Below, piece by piece: positions 7,633 to 16,464 of a stretch of DNA of 54,827 nucleotides. The DNA comes from Minisyncoccia bacterium (lineage in GTDB: Bacteria; Patescibacteriota; Minisyncoccia; Phycocordibacterales; JAACPR01). The stretch is from assembly GCA_044375695.1 (NCBI GenBank), contig JBILMG010000001.1, positions 1-54,827 of the forward strand. Direction: 5' to 3'. Position 1 is the stretch's first letter. Each line of letters starts with the position of its first letter. The position numbers and the translations under genes are program-made. The notes under the pieces were generated by a model. It made no database searches. It was not told the DNA's origin and saw only the letters and a list, made by a program, of their open reading frames with translations.

Positions 7633-9177
7633 CTAGCGACCCGCAATCGATTCCGCTATCTGCCGGAGCCGTTCTTCGATTATCGGCGACGCCAAATCTT
7701 CGATGGGGGAGCGGTCGTCCGACAGTGGCTCTTCTTTCGGCATAGCCGCGATTTCTTCGGCGTTGGCCACCGAGAGGCCGTGCGCCGCGGCGGCCTTCGC
7801 GAGCGCCGTGGCGGTCGGGCCTTCGCCTTCCCAGGCGAGCAGCAAGATGTTCTGCGTCTGGCTCGCGGGGACGCCCGCGGCGTACAGAATCTCGACCCTC
7901 GCGAACGCCTTCTTCGCGCTCGCCAAAATAGCCGAAGAAATTTTGGCGGATTCGCCGGCGCGCGCGCCTATAACGTTCACGGATACCGCGCTATCGGGAG
8001 CCATCCGTTCGCGCAGCGACGCGAAGAACTCTTCTGTTACCAGGTGGTAGGGCGTCGTCGCGGCTCCGCCGAAGGCGTCCAGGGCCGCCGAGCCGTACTT
8101 TTCTGATGACCGTTCCAGGAGCGGGCGCGCGTCTCCGTGGGTGACGCGGACGAGCGGGCTGTCTGTCGCCCCAAAGAATTGGCGTGCCAGGTCAGTCATT
8201 CCCGGATCAATTTCGAAGACGTCTACCAGGTGGCCCCGCGCGGCCAGGTGCCGCGGGAAAGACAGGTTGCAGCCGCCGATCACGAGTGCCGTCTTCTGCT
8301 TGGCCGTCGAAAGCTCGGCGGCGAGGCCTAGCCACCTCGTGTAGGGAATCGGCAGGGAAGAGGTCGCCGCGTTCGGGCTCTCGTCCGCGTAGCCGGCGCA
8401 CTGCACGCCGAACGGGTCGGTGATGACGGCCAAAATTTCTCGTCCGCCGCTATCGTGGCCGCGCTCGATCAGGACCCGCGAGTAGCGGGTGTCGGTATCC
8501 GCCGCGTAAATTGAAGGCAGCGGCGCGGCGGTGGCGCCGAGCGCGAGCAGCGCGCCCGCCGCGGCCACAACGGTGGCAGCCCGGCCAACCAGGCGTCGCG
8601 GCGCGAGTGAAAGAATGGCGGCCCCGACGGCCAGCGCGAAGGTTGTCGCGGCAAAAGTCGCCCCTGTGCCAATGCTCGGAAGGGCGACCGCGCCGGTGAG
8701 GACGGTGCCGAGGACGCTTCCGCCAGCCCCCGCCGCGCCTAGGCGACCCATCGTCCGCCCGGTGCGCCCGATTGAGGCGAGAGAAATTTTAGCGGCCAGC
8801 GGCGATATTGCCCCGATGGCTAGGGTGGCGGGCGCGATGGCGAGGAGCGCCGCTACGGCGGCGCCGGTAAAAAGGCTGCCCGATACCGCGGCGGACGCGA
8901 GGCCAAGGGCGGCCATTTGGTCCCGCGCGACCGCCGTCACGCCGGCAAATAAAGCCGCTAGCCCCACTGCCGGCGCGAGCGCGCGTTCGGGCGAGGCGAG
9001 CCGGTCCGCTAGCGTTCCGCCCGCCCACGCGCCAGCCGCGAGCGCCGCGAGCGTAACCGCGATTACCGCAGACCAAACCTCCGTTGAGGTTCCCAGAAAC
9101 GGCCCCGCTGATCGGGCGAACGCGAGCTCGAGCGCCATGCCGGCGGCGCTGGTCAGGAGAACGGCGAAAGTGGGCAC
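7633..9177 (-). CDS. Fused polytopic membrane / spermidine-synthase-like methyltransferase protein
   Basis: About 200-aa multi-TM N-terminus, then VIGGCNLSFPRHLAARGHLVDVFEIDPGMTDLARQFFG (SAM-MTase / spermidine synthase fold). Confidence 0.7.
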   Translation of the reverse strand: MPTFAVLLTSAAGMALELAFARSAGPFLGTSTEVWSAVIAVTLAALAAGAWAGGTLADRLASPERALAPAVGLAALFAGVTAVARDQMAALGLASAAVSGSLFTGAAVAALLAIAPATLAIGAISPLAAKISLASIGRTGRTMGRLGAAGAGGSVLGTVLTGAVALPSIGTGATFAATTFALAVGAAILSLAPRRLVGRAATVVAAAGALLALGATAAPLPSIYAADTDTRYSRVLIERGHDSGGREILAVITDPFGVQCAGYADESPNAATSSLPIPYTRWLGLAAELSTAKQKTALVIGGCNLSFPRHLAARGHLVDVFEIDPGMTDLARQFFGATDSPLVRVTHGDARPLLERSSEKYGSAALDAFGGAATTPYHLVTEEFFASLRERMAPDSAVSVNVIGARAGESAKISSAILASAKKAFARVEILYAAGVPASQTQNILLLAWEGEGPTATALAKAAAAHGLSVANAEEIAAMPKEEPLSDDRSPIEDLASPIIEERLRQIAESIAGR

Positions 9178-9224
9178 TGCGGGGAAGATTGTACCGCGCT
9201 AAATTGGTCCGCCGGCGTTTGCCC

Positions 9225-9258
9225 ATAGATTGACTAAAAGGTCAATCTATGCTATATT
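9225..9258 (+). promoter_or_regulatory. Sigma70-type promoter with an overlapping 10-bp perfect palindrome
   Basis: TTGACT (9230-9235), 17 nt, TATATT (9253-9258). ATAGATTGAC-6 nt-GTCAATCTAT (9225-9250) covers the -35 and spacer. Confidence 0.6.
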
Positions 9259-9303
9259 TATAAAGAGTTTTGCGCGCTAGCCGCGCGCCTGCTCGTTATA
9301 CAA

Positions 9304-9564
9304 ATGAAAACACGAACCGCCCTGCTGGGTGTTTCCTTGCTGCTCTTCGCCGTTCTCGGCGGGTGGCATCTCGGCAACACAAAACCCGAAACCAACCCTC
9401 AACCCAAAGCCGCGCGCTCCGCGCCCGCGCTCACCGCAACCGTGGTGGCGCAGGCTAAGGTGCACCCGGCCGAGTCTGAACTCAACGAGTTTGGACTCAC
9501 ATCCACGACAGGCATCGGCGTCCGCGTCGAAGCCGCGAGCTCTAGCAAAGGAGGTAGCCAGTAA
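9304..9564 (+). CDS. Small secreted/membrane-anchored hypothetical protein
   Basis: ATG start, signal/TM segment LLGVSLLLFAVLGGW; its stop overlaps the next start (TAATG). Confidence 0.55.
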   Translation: MKTRTALLGVSLLLFAVLGGWHLGNTKPETNPQPKAARSAPALTATVVAQAKVHPAESELNEFGLTSTTGIGVRVEAASSSKGGSQ

Positions 9565-10838
9565 TGAGAACCACTCTTCTACTTGCCCTCTCCGCGCTGG
9601 CGTTCGCCGCCGCTCAACCCGCCTTCGCCGACTCGCCAGCCGTGGCCGCCGCTTTCGCCGCAGCCACGCCGACGCGCTACGAAGGTAGCGCCACGTTCCA
9701 GCAAGACGACCCCGAAAGCGGCAACATCCGCCTTCGAACTTACGTGTTCGTCATGGATGCGTCGTTCCGGGTCAACTCTCTGGTGGTCGACGGACGTCGG
9801 ATCAACGGTGTCTCTCCCGAGACGCCGCTCTTGGCACTGCCTTACCCCAAGAAGGGAATCGTGAGGAACTTCCACCTGTCGCTTCAGGCCTGGGACGATC
9901 TGTCTCCCGCTCAGCCGTCGCCCGTTTATTCGGGTCCGGTCGCTGGCGTCCTTCCGGGCGGGGGTACTTCCACGACTGTCCAGGTGAGCGGTTTTGACCT
10001 CGTCGCGGAAAACGAAAACGTCTCGGTCTCCGAGGTTGTTGTCGTCCCGCACGGGCAGCAGGCCTCGGGCGGACCTCGCGCCGCCGGCATCGGCTACGCC
10101 GAGCACGAACTCCTCAACCGAGGAGACTCGGTGACGGTCTGGCTCACGCCAGCCGACCTGGTGCGGTTCATTCCGTTGCCCGAAGGAGCCGGCCCCGAAG
10201 GCTGGTCTCTCGTCATCGGCGCCGGCACCACCTCAGGTCCGGTGCTGGTCAATGGTCAGTGGGGCTTCTGGGCATTCCTGGACCCGACCTACCAGTGGGG
10301 CTACAGTTTCTGGCTCAGCGGCCCGGGTGGTTTTGTCGATTTCGGCCCTCTCGACCCAAACGGGTCTATGCCGGACAAAACGTCGATTGCCCTCGCCCAA
10401 AACAGGGTCGGCGGTGTCGAGGTGGTGGATCTTCGGCAGACCTACCCCCTTTGGAAAATCGTCTCGTCGGTCATCGACGGCCAGTTTTCCGCAGGCGAAG
10501 GCTACTCGACCAGCCCCAGCCACACCGGCGAAGCTGTTTCGGTTAGGAACTCGACGTGGGCCTCTGGGATCAACGTGTACTACGCAGGCCCGGCGGCTTA
10601 CGTGGTGGTGCGCGAGCTCGACGAGAGCGGCGCCCAGACCAAAAACGGCGACGGCACGCCGCGTGAGTGGCTGGTATCTGCCGCCATGGCGAACTACGGG
10701 ACGCGCGAGAGCACTATCTCTGGTTTCGCGCCGGTGCAGACGGGTCGGTCAGTCATTCTGATCGTTCCTACAAGGAACGAGTCGGCTTACGGCTCTTACA
10801 ACCTCCTGGTTGAAAGCGTCGAGCCGGCCAAAGGCTAA
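9564..10838 (+). CDS. Secreted hypothetical protein
   Basis: Strong SD AAAGGAGG at 9547-9554; signal peptide MRTTLLLALSALAFAAAQPAFA; no family recognised. Confidence 0.7.
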   Translation: MRTTLLLALSALAFAAAQPAFADSPAVAAAFAAATPTRYEGSATFQQDDPESGNIRLRTYVFVMDASFRVNSLVVDGRRINGVSPETPLLALPYPKKGIVRNFHLSLQAWDDLSPAQPSPVYSGPVAGVLPGGGTSTTVQVSGFDLVAENENVSVSEVVVVPHGQQASGGPRAAGIGYAEHELLNRGDSVTVWLTPADLVRFIPLPEGAGPEGWSLVIGAGTTSGPVLVNGQWGFWAFLDPTYQWGYSFWLSGPGGFVDFGPLDPNGSMPDKTSIALAQNRVGGVEVVDLRQTYPLWKIVSSVIDGQFSAGEGYSTSPSHTGEAVSVRNSTWASGINVYYAGPAAYVVVRELDESGAQTKNGDGTPREWLVSAAMANYGTRESTISGFAPVQTGRSVILIVPTRNESAYGSYNLLVESVEPAKG

Positions 10839-10853
10839 TCTGCCCAAACTTCG

Positions 10854-10888
10854 GGCGCGGCGATCTATTCGCCGCGCCTTTTCTTTTT
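10854..10888 (+). terminator. Intrinsic terminator
   Basis: GGCGCGGCG-ATCTATTC-GCCGCGCC followed by TTTTCTTTTT. Confidence 0.75.
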
Positions 10889-10916
10889 GAAATAGAAAAG
10901 CCCGCTCGCGCGGGCG

Positions 10917-11426
10917 TCAGATTTCTTCGGGCTCGGCTTCCACTATCTCCATCTCGTCTGCGTTCTTGATGAGCAGGATGGAGTGTCGGACGCCTTCGGT
11001 TGCGAGCTGGCGCTGGATCGCGCGGGCGAGCAAGAGGAGCGGGTAGGTTTTGGATCGTTGGTCTACGTGCGCGCGCAGCGTGATGCCGGTTAGGCGTCTG
11101 GAATTCCTGTCTGAGGCCTCGTCGTAGCAGAACGCCTTCGCGTGATCGAGCAGCATGCCGTCGGTCAGGTAGATGTTCGACACGCCGCCCTCTCGGCCGA
11201 GCTCCCGTAGGTAGTCCGGGAACCGCCTCTCGTTCCTTGGATGGATCGCCTTCAGGAGACGCTGCAGGAGCGCGTTGTATCCCTGGGGCGTGTTGGCGGG
11301 CAGCTCAATGTGCACGAAGGGCACAAATTCTTGCTGGAGGTCCTGCAGCTGCGGGAAGCTCAGGCGGGTATTCCATTCTTCGTCGCTGATTTCGGGGAGG
11401 TTGGGGAACTGAATTTTGGGGTACAT
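10917..11426 (-). CDS. Hypothetical protein
   Basis: ORF 10917-11477; the ATG at 11426 (MYPKIQF) is preferred over the upstream TTG; no family recognised. Confidence 0.55.
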   Translation of the reverse strand: MYPKIQFPNLPEISDEEWNTRLSFPQLQDLQQEFVPFVHIELPANTPQGYNALLQRLLKAIHPRNERRFPDYLRELGREGGVSNIYLTDGMLLDHAKAFCYDEASDRNSRRLTGITLRAHVDQRSKTYPLLLLARAIQRQLATEGVRHSILLIKNADEMEIVEAEPEEI

Positions 11427-11548
11427 AGATTTTTCCGTGTTCCTTCGAACACTGCTCTGGCTTTTCCGCCCTGTCAAAGCTCTTTGTGCTGGCTGCGCGC
11501 CCGCCTCGTCGCCAAAAGAAAACGGCCGCTAGGGCGGCCGGGTTTAGC

Positions 11549-12001
11549 CTAGGGGTAGCGCACCTTGGTGAAGGCGACGTACCGACCTTCGGCGTCCTCG
11601 CCGCCGGGAGTCACCTCGAAGCGGCAGCGTAGGTGGTCCCACGCGGCGTGGCAGTTCCGGGCGAAGCCCGAAGGGTCGGGCGCGTAGAAGGCGTCGCCCT
11701 TCGCCAGAAACGATGCCGACAGGCGAGGGAAATCGGCGGCGTCGACCAGGGCCTTGGCCTGGTGCAGGCGCGTCGGCTCGTAGCCTTCGGCTTCCAGGGC
11801 GGCTACCTCGTCCGCGAAGTCGAGGTCGCCCGGATCGAGCAGCCTGGTCGTCTCGAGCCGGCCGCCCGCGCGCACGGTCACCTCGCGCAGGAACGGGTCG
11901 ACGCGCTCGGCGAGGCGTTCGCGAAAAACTGGCCGCACGGCCGGCGCGCGGCGGGGGAGGAAGAGCGGCGCGGCCGCTCGGGGCATGGCTAGGGTGGTCA
12001 T
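11549..12001 (-). CDS. Hypothetical protein
   Basis: ORF 11549-12046; the ATG at 12001 (MTTLAMP) is preferred over the GTG at 12046; no family recognised. Confidence 0.5.
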   Translation of the reverse strand: MTTLAMPRAAAPLFLPRRAPAVRPVFRERLAERVDPFLREVTVRAGGRLETTRLLDPGDLDFADEVAALEAEGYEPTRLHQAKALVDAADFPRLSASFLAKGDAFYAPDPSGFARNCHAAWDHLRCRFEVTPGGEDAEGRYVAFTKVRYP

Positions 12002-12103
12002 ATTTTTTGAATGTTTAGGTTCGGGCGGCATTGTGCCCGGAGGCACCTTTCGCGCCGCTAAGCCGCAGATCGCGGGGCGGTGGGGGAGGGTCTCTGCCGA
12101 ACT

Positions 12104-12133
12104 TTGACTTTTTTGAAAATAAGTGCTTATCTA
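12104..12133 (+). promoter_or_regulatory. Possible promoter for 12169 gene
   Basis: TTGACT, 18 nt, TATCTA in an AT-rich patch. Confidence 0.4.
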
Positions 12134-12168
12134 ATCCCCGTACAGTTCAGTGAAACTGTTCTCCAAAA

Positions 12169-12564
12169 ATGAATACATCCTCGCTCATCAAAGTCGACGC
12201 CGCCGGCCGCTCTATCGCCGCCGGCGTATCCGCCACCATCGAAACGGGCACCTCGCTCAAGCCGCAGTGGCACATGTGGGCCGCGCTGGGCCTCGGCCTG
12301 CTCGTCTCGCTGTTCGTGACTCCAGGCGTCTCGCTGTTCGCGGTCGTGGCAATTGTCGCGGTCGCCGTTATCCCGGAGGCCATCCTTGGCCACGACGAAA
12401 CCGGCGCCAAGATGCGCCTCGGCGCTACCGCGGCCCTGGTCGCGTTCACGGTGCTCACCGGTGGACTGTTGGGGCATTGGCCTGTTTACGTGGTCCTGGC
12501 CGCCGTTTGGATCGGCGCCGCCAACTGGCAGAAACCTAAGCCTCCCGCCGATTCTGGCGAGTAG
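12169..12564 (+). CDS. Small integral membrane protein
   Basis: Four hydrophobic segments and an ATG start. Confidence 0.55.
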   Translation: MNTSSLIKVDAAGRSIAAGVSATIETGTSLKPQWHMWAALGLGLLVSLFVTPGVSLFAVVAIVAVAVIPEAILGHDETGAKMRLGATAALVAFTVLTGGLLGHWPVYVVLAAVWIGAANWQKPKPPADSGE

Positions 12565-12656
12565 CGTCTCCCGCCCTCATCCGCGCCGCCTCTGTGCGGC
12601 GCGTTTTCATTTGAAAAATCGTCTCCGGTGGTTTAGTATCGCCCAGCTCGCCCGAA

Positions 12657-12729
12657 GCCAATGTAGCTCAGCTGGTAGAGCACCCCCATGGTAAGGGGGA
12701 GGTCGCCGGTTCAATCCCGGCCATTGGCT
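12657..12729 (+). tRNA. tRNA-Thr (GGT)
   Basis: GCCAATG TA GCTC AGCTGGTA GAGC A CCCCC AT-GGT-AA GGGGG AGGTC GCCGG TTCAATC CCGGC CATTGGC T. Confidence 0.9.
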
Positions 12730-12733
12730 CAGA

Positions 12734-13498
12734 TTGTCAGACGCACCGAAAACCCCGATCGAGAAGGCTCCCGAAGCCGCCCGACTGGCGGCCAAGGCTA
12801 AAGACGCGCTCGAGAACTTTCTCGGGCTCGGCCTCGTCATAGTTGGCATCGTTGTCGCCGTGAAGTACTTCGGCGGCGACCAGCTGCGGGCGGCGGTCGA
12901 AGGCGCCGGCGCCTGGGCCCCGATCGCGCTTATTGCCGCCAAGGCGACAACCGTCGTCGCCGCGCCGCTTTCTGGTGGCCCGCTCTACCCGGTAGCCGGG
13001 GCGCTCTTCGGCGTTTGGCCGGCGATTCTCTACCTCTTTCTGGGTGACCTGCTCGGCGGCTCGATTGCCTTCTTCGTGGCGCGTCGCTTCGGCCGCGGCC
13101 TCGTCGAGCGCATCCTCTCCAAATCGAACGACGGATTCCTCGATAAGGCGCTCGGCCTCATGGGGACCGTGAAGGGCTTTTTCGTGGCGCGCGTCTGCTT
13201 CGTGGCGCTGCCTGAAGCGGTCGCCTACGGCGCGGGGCTCACCAAGCTGCCGTACCTGCCGTTCGCGCTGATCTACTCCTCGATCGGGCTCATCCCGACG
13301 GCGATCCTCGCGTGGGTTGGCGACGCGTCGATTTCTGCCGGTAGCGGCTGGATGGTCGGCGTTGGACTTATTGGCGGCGGTATCGCGGCCGCGGCCGGCG
13401 GGCTCCTCTTCGCGAAGCTTGCCGGCAAAGAGGCCGAGCGCGCCGCGGCGGCCACGCCAGCAGCCGCGCCAAGCTCGACTAACGCCGATGGCCAGTAG
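12734..13498 (+). CDS. TVP38/TMEM64 (DedA-related) family membrane protein
   Basis: TTG start 5 nt after the tRNA; VAAPLSGGPLYPVAGALFG and FFVARRFGR motifs. Confidence 0.7.
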   Translation: MSDAPKTPIEKAPEAARLAAKAKDALENFLGLGLVIVGIVVAVKYFGGDQLRAAVEGAGAWAPIALIAAKATTVVAAPLSGGPLYPVAGALFGVWPAILYLFLGDLLGGSIAFFVARRFGRGLVERILSKSNDGFLDKALGLMGTVKGFFVARVCFVALPEAVAYGAGLTKLPYLPFALIYSSIGLIPTAILAWVGDASISAGSGWMVGVGLIGGGIAAAAGGLLFAKLAGKEAERAAAATPAAAPSSTNADGQ

Positions 13499-14408
13499 CG
13501 ACCGCGCCGCCGTCGAGGCGAAAATCGCCGCGCTCGAGGAGGCGATGTGCGCCCCCGATTTCTGGGCTGACTCGGCCAAGGCGCAGGCGGCTATTCGCGA
13601 GGTTCAAGATCTGAAACTCGCGCTCGAAGGCGGCAGCCGGCACGACCGCGCCGGCGTTATCCTCAACTTCTACGCCGGCGCCGGCGGCGATGACGCCGAG
13701 GACTGGGCGCGCATGCTCGTCGAAATGTACCGCCGCTACGCCGAGTCGAAAGGCTGGCAGTGGTCCGCTCTCTACGCGAGCCCGAACGATCAAGGAGGCT
13801 ACCGCTCGTACACCGCCGAAATTGAGGGGAAGGGGGCTTACGGCGAGCTCAAGCACGAGTCTGGTGTGCACCGCCTGGTGCGCCTGTCGCCGTTCGGCGC
13901 CAAGGACATTCGCCAAACCTCTTTCGCCATGGTCGAGGCGCTGCCCTCGAAAATTGACGTCGCCGAGGCTGGCCTCAAAGCCGAGGACGTCGATGTTTCC
14001 TTCACGCGCTCCGGCGGCCCTGGCGGCCAGAACGTCAATAAGCGCGAGACCGCCGTGCACGCCGTGCACCGGCCAACGGGCTTCGCCGTGCGCGTCGACT
14101 CCGAGCGCAACCAGCACCAGAACCGCGAGCGCGCCCTCGAGATTCTAGCCGCCAAGGTGGCCAAGCTCCGCGAGGACGAGGCGCGCGCCAAAGAGGACGG
14201 CATCGCCATTTCCAAAACTACCGACGCCGCGTGGGGCAACCAGATTCGCTCCTACGTGCTGCACCCGTACAAGCTCGTCAAAGACCACCGCACCGGCGTC
14301 GAGATCCGGAACGCCGAGAAGGTGATCGAGGACGGCGCCATTCAGGAGTTCATCGACGCCATGAAAGAGGGAAGGAAGGCCGGGGAGGGCGCCGGCGAGG
14401 GAGAGTAG
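13488..14408 (+). CDS. prfB: Peptide chain release factor 2
   Basis: SPF tripeptide (RLSPFGA), GGQ motif (SGGPGGQNVNKRETAV), HRTG; single uninterrupted frame; the ATG overlaps the upstream stop. Confidence 0.9.
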   Translation: MASSDRAAVEAKIAALEEAMCAPDFWADSAKAQAAIREVQDLKLALEGGSRHDRAGVILNFYAGAGGDDAEDWARMLVEMYRRYAESKGWQWSALYASPNDQGGYRSYTAEIEGKGAYGELKHESGVHRLVRLSPFGAKDIRQTSFAMVEALPSKIDVAEAGLKAEDVDVSFTRSGGPGGQNVNKRETAVHAVHRPTGFAVRVDSERNQHQNRERALEILAAKVAKLREDEARAKEDGIAISKTTDAAWGNQIRSYVLHPYKLVKDHRTGVEIRNAEKVIEDGAIQEFIDAMKEGRKAGEGAGEGE

Positions 14409-14415
14409 GGGGTAT

Positions 14416-14444
14416 TTGACAAGATTTTAAGTATCTGATACAGT
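14416..14444 (+). promoter_or_regulatory. Sigma70-type promoter
   Basis: TTGACA, 17 nt, TACAGT immediately after the prfB stop. Confidence 0.55.
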
Positions 14445-14450
14445 TCTATA

Positions 14451-14607
14451 CGTAGACACAGCGGCCAACGTAGCCGCTCTCCCCAAGAGCCCGAAAGTAC
14501 GAAAAGAGACGGAACTGATTCAACTTTAAAAGTCTCTCGTTACCGCCGAGTTCTCAAGCCAGGAAGTTTCTACAGCCCGCCCGCGCGCAAGCGCGGGCGG
14601 GCTTTTT
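14451..14607 (+). ncRNA. Candidate small RNA or cis-regulatory leader (class unknown)
   Basis: AT-richer stretch of about 155 nt between the promoter and a strong terminator (AGCCCGCCCGCGCGC-AA-GCGCGGGCGGGCT+TTTTT, 14575-14607). Internal hairpins AGCGGC/GCCGCT and AGAGAC/GTCTCT; no ORF. Confidence 0.4.
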
Positions 14608-14685
14608 ATCTACACCCCCGCTTCCGCGTTTCGCGGCCGCGGGGGAGAATGCGGGGACACCCCTAAAATATCTCACCCCGCTCCC

Positions 14686-16314
14686 ATGAAGACGCTCGCC
14701 CTGCCGCTCGCCGCCCTCGCGCTCCTCCTGTCCCTCGGCCTCGCCCGCGCGGCGGCCCCCGCCCTCTCCCTCGGCTGGTACGGCGCCGCCTGCGACGACG
14801 GCGAGGCGCAGAACCCGGGCGACCCCGCCGGCTGCCGGTACGACGCGCGCGAGCGCGCCTGCGGCGACGGCGTCGACAACGACTCCGACGAGCGCGCCGA
14901 CGGCCAGGACCCGGACTGCTGGCACGGCGACCCGGTCTGCGAGAGCGAGTCCGCGGCGAACCCCGGCGGGACCGGCGGCTGCGACGGCCTCGCGCCGGCC
15001 CACTGCGGCGACGGCCTCGACAACGACGCCGACGGCGCCTACGACTGCTCGGACATGGACTGCGACGAGTCGCCGAACTGCCGCGTCTGCGCCGCGGTGG
15101 TGGAGGTCTGCGACAACGGCGCCGACGACGACTGCGACGGCCTCGCCGACGGCGAAGACCAGGACTGCGGGTGCGCCGACGCCTGGTACAACGTCTGGGA
15201 CCCGCGCTGCGCCTGCCCGGCGACCGAGCTCGACGCCGACGGCGACTGCGCCCCCGACGCCTACTGGTGGTGGGGGACCGCCTGCGCCGACGGGAAGGAC
15301 AACGACGCGGACGGGCTGTACGACTGCGCGGACCGCGCCGACTGCGCGGGCGACGCGGCGTGCCACGGCGGCCCGGCCGCCGAGGACTGCGGGAACACCC
15401 TCGACGACGACGGCGACGGCGCGGCGGACTGCGCCGACGGCGACTGCGCGGGCGACTACTACTGCGTCACCTTCGGCAATCCGGGGAATCCGGTCAACCG
15501 GGGGAGCGTGTACAACCCGGGGAACGCGTACTCCGGCGGCACCGGCGACGCCGGCACGTCGGGCAGCGCGGGCGCGGGCGGTGCCGGCAATCTGTTCGAC
15601 GGCAGCCTGGGGAGCCGCAAGCCGGGCGGCTTGGGAGATCCGGCGACTATGGGAATTGAAAATCCTTCCCGAAACGGAAATTTGGGTGGGTACGGCCCCG
15701 AAAACACACCAGATAGCTGCCACGACGGCATCGACAACGACGGCGATTTGCAGATTGACTGCGGGCAAGACTCAAGCTGCCTCAATAACGACTGCGATGA
15801 GAGCACCTTCTGTTCGGATGGCCTCGATAACGACTGGGACGGTAAATCTGACTGTGCGGACTCGGAGTGCGAAGGGAAGGCTGCTTGCGCGGGTGACGAA
15901 GATAACTGCGTCGATCGCAAAGACAACGATGGCGACGGTTTTGCCGACTGCGCCGACTTCGACTGTTCCGGTTTAGCGAACTGCGTAGAGGAATTTTACA
16001 AGTGCGAAGACGGCATGGACAACGACGGCGACCGCCTGGTGGACTGCTGGGATCCGTCTTGCAGAGGCGATATCGCCTGCGTGGAAGGCGATGGGGATGG
16101 AAGGTTCCCCATAGACACACAAATCAACTGCGAGGACGGCAAAGATAATGACCTCGACGGCAAGATTGACTGTCGCGATCCAGGCTGTTCTGGCGCACAT
16201 GATTGCACGGAGATATTTTGCAATGACCAAAAGGACGACGACGGCGATGCCCTCACCGATTGCAACGACTCCGACTGCGCCGACGATTACTGGTGTCGAA
16301 AAAAAAACGAATAA
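14686..16314 (+). CDS. Secreted Cys/Asp-rich repeat protein (about 11 C-x-DG-x-DND-x-DG-x-x-DC-x-D-x-x-C units; MopE-like putative metal/Ca-binding motif)
   Basis: Signal peptide MKTLALPLAALALLLSLGLARA; repeats such as GLDNDADGAYDCSDMDC and RKDNDGDGFADCADFDC. Confidence 0.8.
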   Translation: MKTLALPLAALALLLSLGLARAAAPALSLGWYGAACDDGEAQNPGDPAGCRYDARERACGDGVDNDSDERADGQDPDCWHGDPVCESESAANPGGTGGCDGLAPAHCGDGLDNDADGAYDCSDMDCDESPNCRVCAAVVEVCDNGADDDCDGLADGEDQDCGCADAWYNVWDPRCACPATELDADGDCAPDAYWWWGTACADGKDNDADGLYDCADRADCAGDAACHGGPAAEDCGNTLDDDGDGAADCADGDCAGDYYCVTFGNPGNPVNRGSVYNPGNAYSGGTGDAGTSGSAGAGGAGNLFDGSLGSRKPGGLGDPATMGIENPSRNGNLGGYGPENTPDSCHDGIDNDGDLQIDCGQDSSCLNNDCDESTFCSDGLDNDWDGKSDCADSECEGKAACAGDEDNCVDRKDNDGDGFADCADFDCSGLANCVEEFYKCEDGMDNDGDRLVDCWDPSCRGDIACVEGDGDGRFPIDTQINCEDGKDNDLDGKIDCRDPGCSGAHDCTEIFCNDQKDDDGDALTDCNDSDCADDYWCRKKNE

Positions 16315-16344
16315 CAAAAGCTAACCGAACCGGACGAAGAACCC

Positions 16345-16402
16345 CCTCCCTCTCGCCGCCCGCGCGCTCTACCTCGGCTGGTACGCTGGCGACCGCGACT
16401 AG
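16345..16402 (+). pseudogene. Fragment resembling the N-terminal coding region of the Cys-rich repeat gene
   Basis: CTCTACCTCGGCTGGTACGCTGGCGACCGCGACTAG compared with CTCTCCCTCGGCTGGTACGGCGCCGCCTGCGACGAC at about 14760. Confidence 0.35.
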
Positions 16403-16423
16403 CGGTGGCAAATAAAGACCGGA

Positions 16424-16464
16424 GACCCGGCCCCGCGCGCAAGCGCGGGGCCGGGTCTTTTTTT
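16424..16464 (+). terminator. Intrinsic terminator
   Basis: GACCCGGCCCCGCGC-GCAA-GCGCGGGGCCGGGTC followed by T7. Confidence 0.8.

Noticed and set aside
13317-14408. N-terminally extended RF2 (363-aa ORF) or a programmed frameshift
   Set aside because: The upstream 57 codons overlap the TVP38 gene in another frame and are Arg/Pro-rich. The ATG at 13488 gives a normal RF2 start. No internal UGA is present.
14451-14607. SRP (4.5S) RNA
   Set aside because: Only a weak CCAGGAAG resemblance exists. The conserved helix-8 GNAR loop and AGCA/GGAA symmetric-loop context are not evident. I left it as an unclassified candidate.
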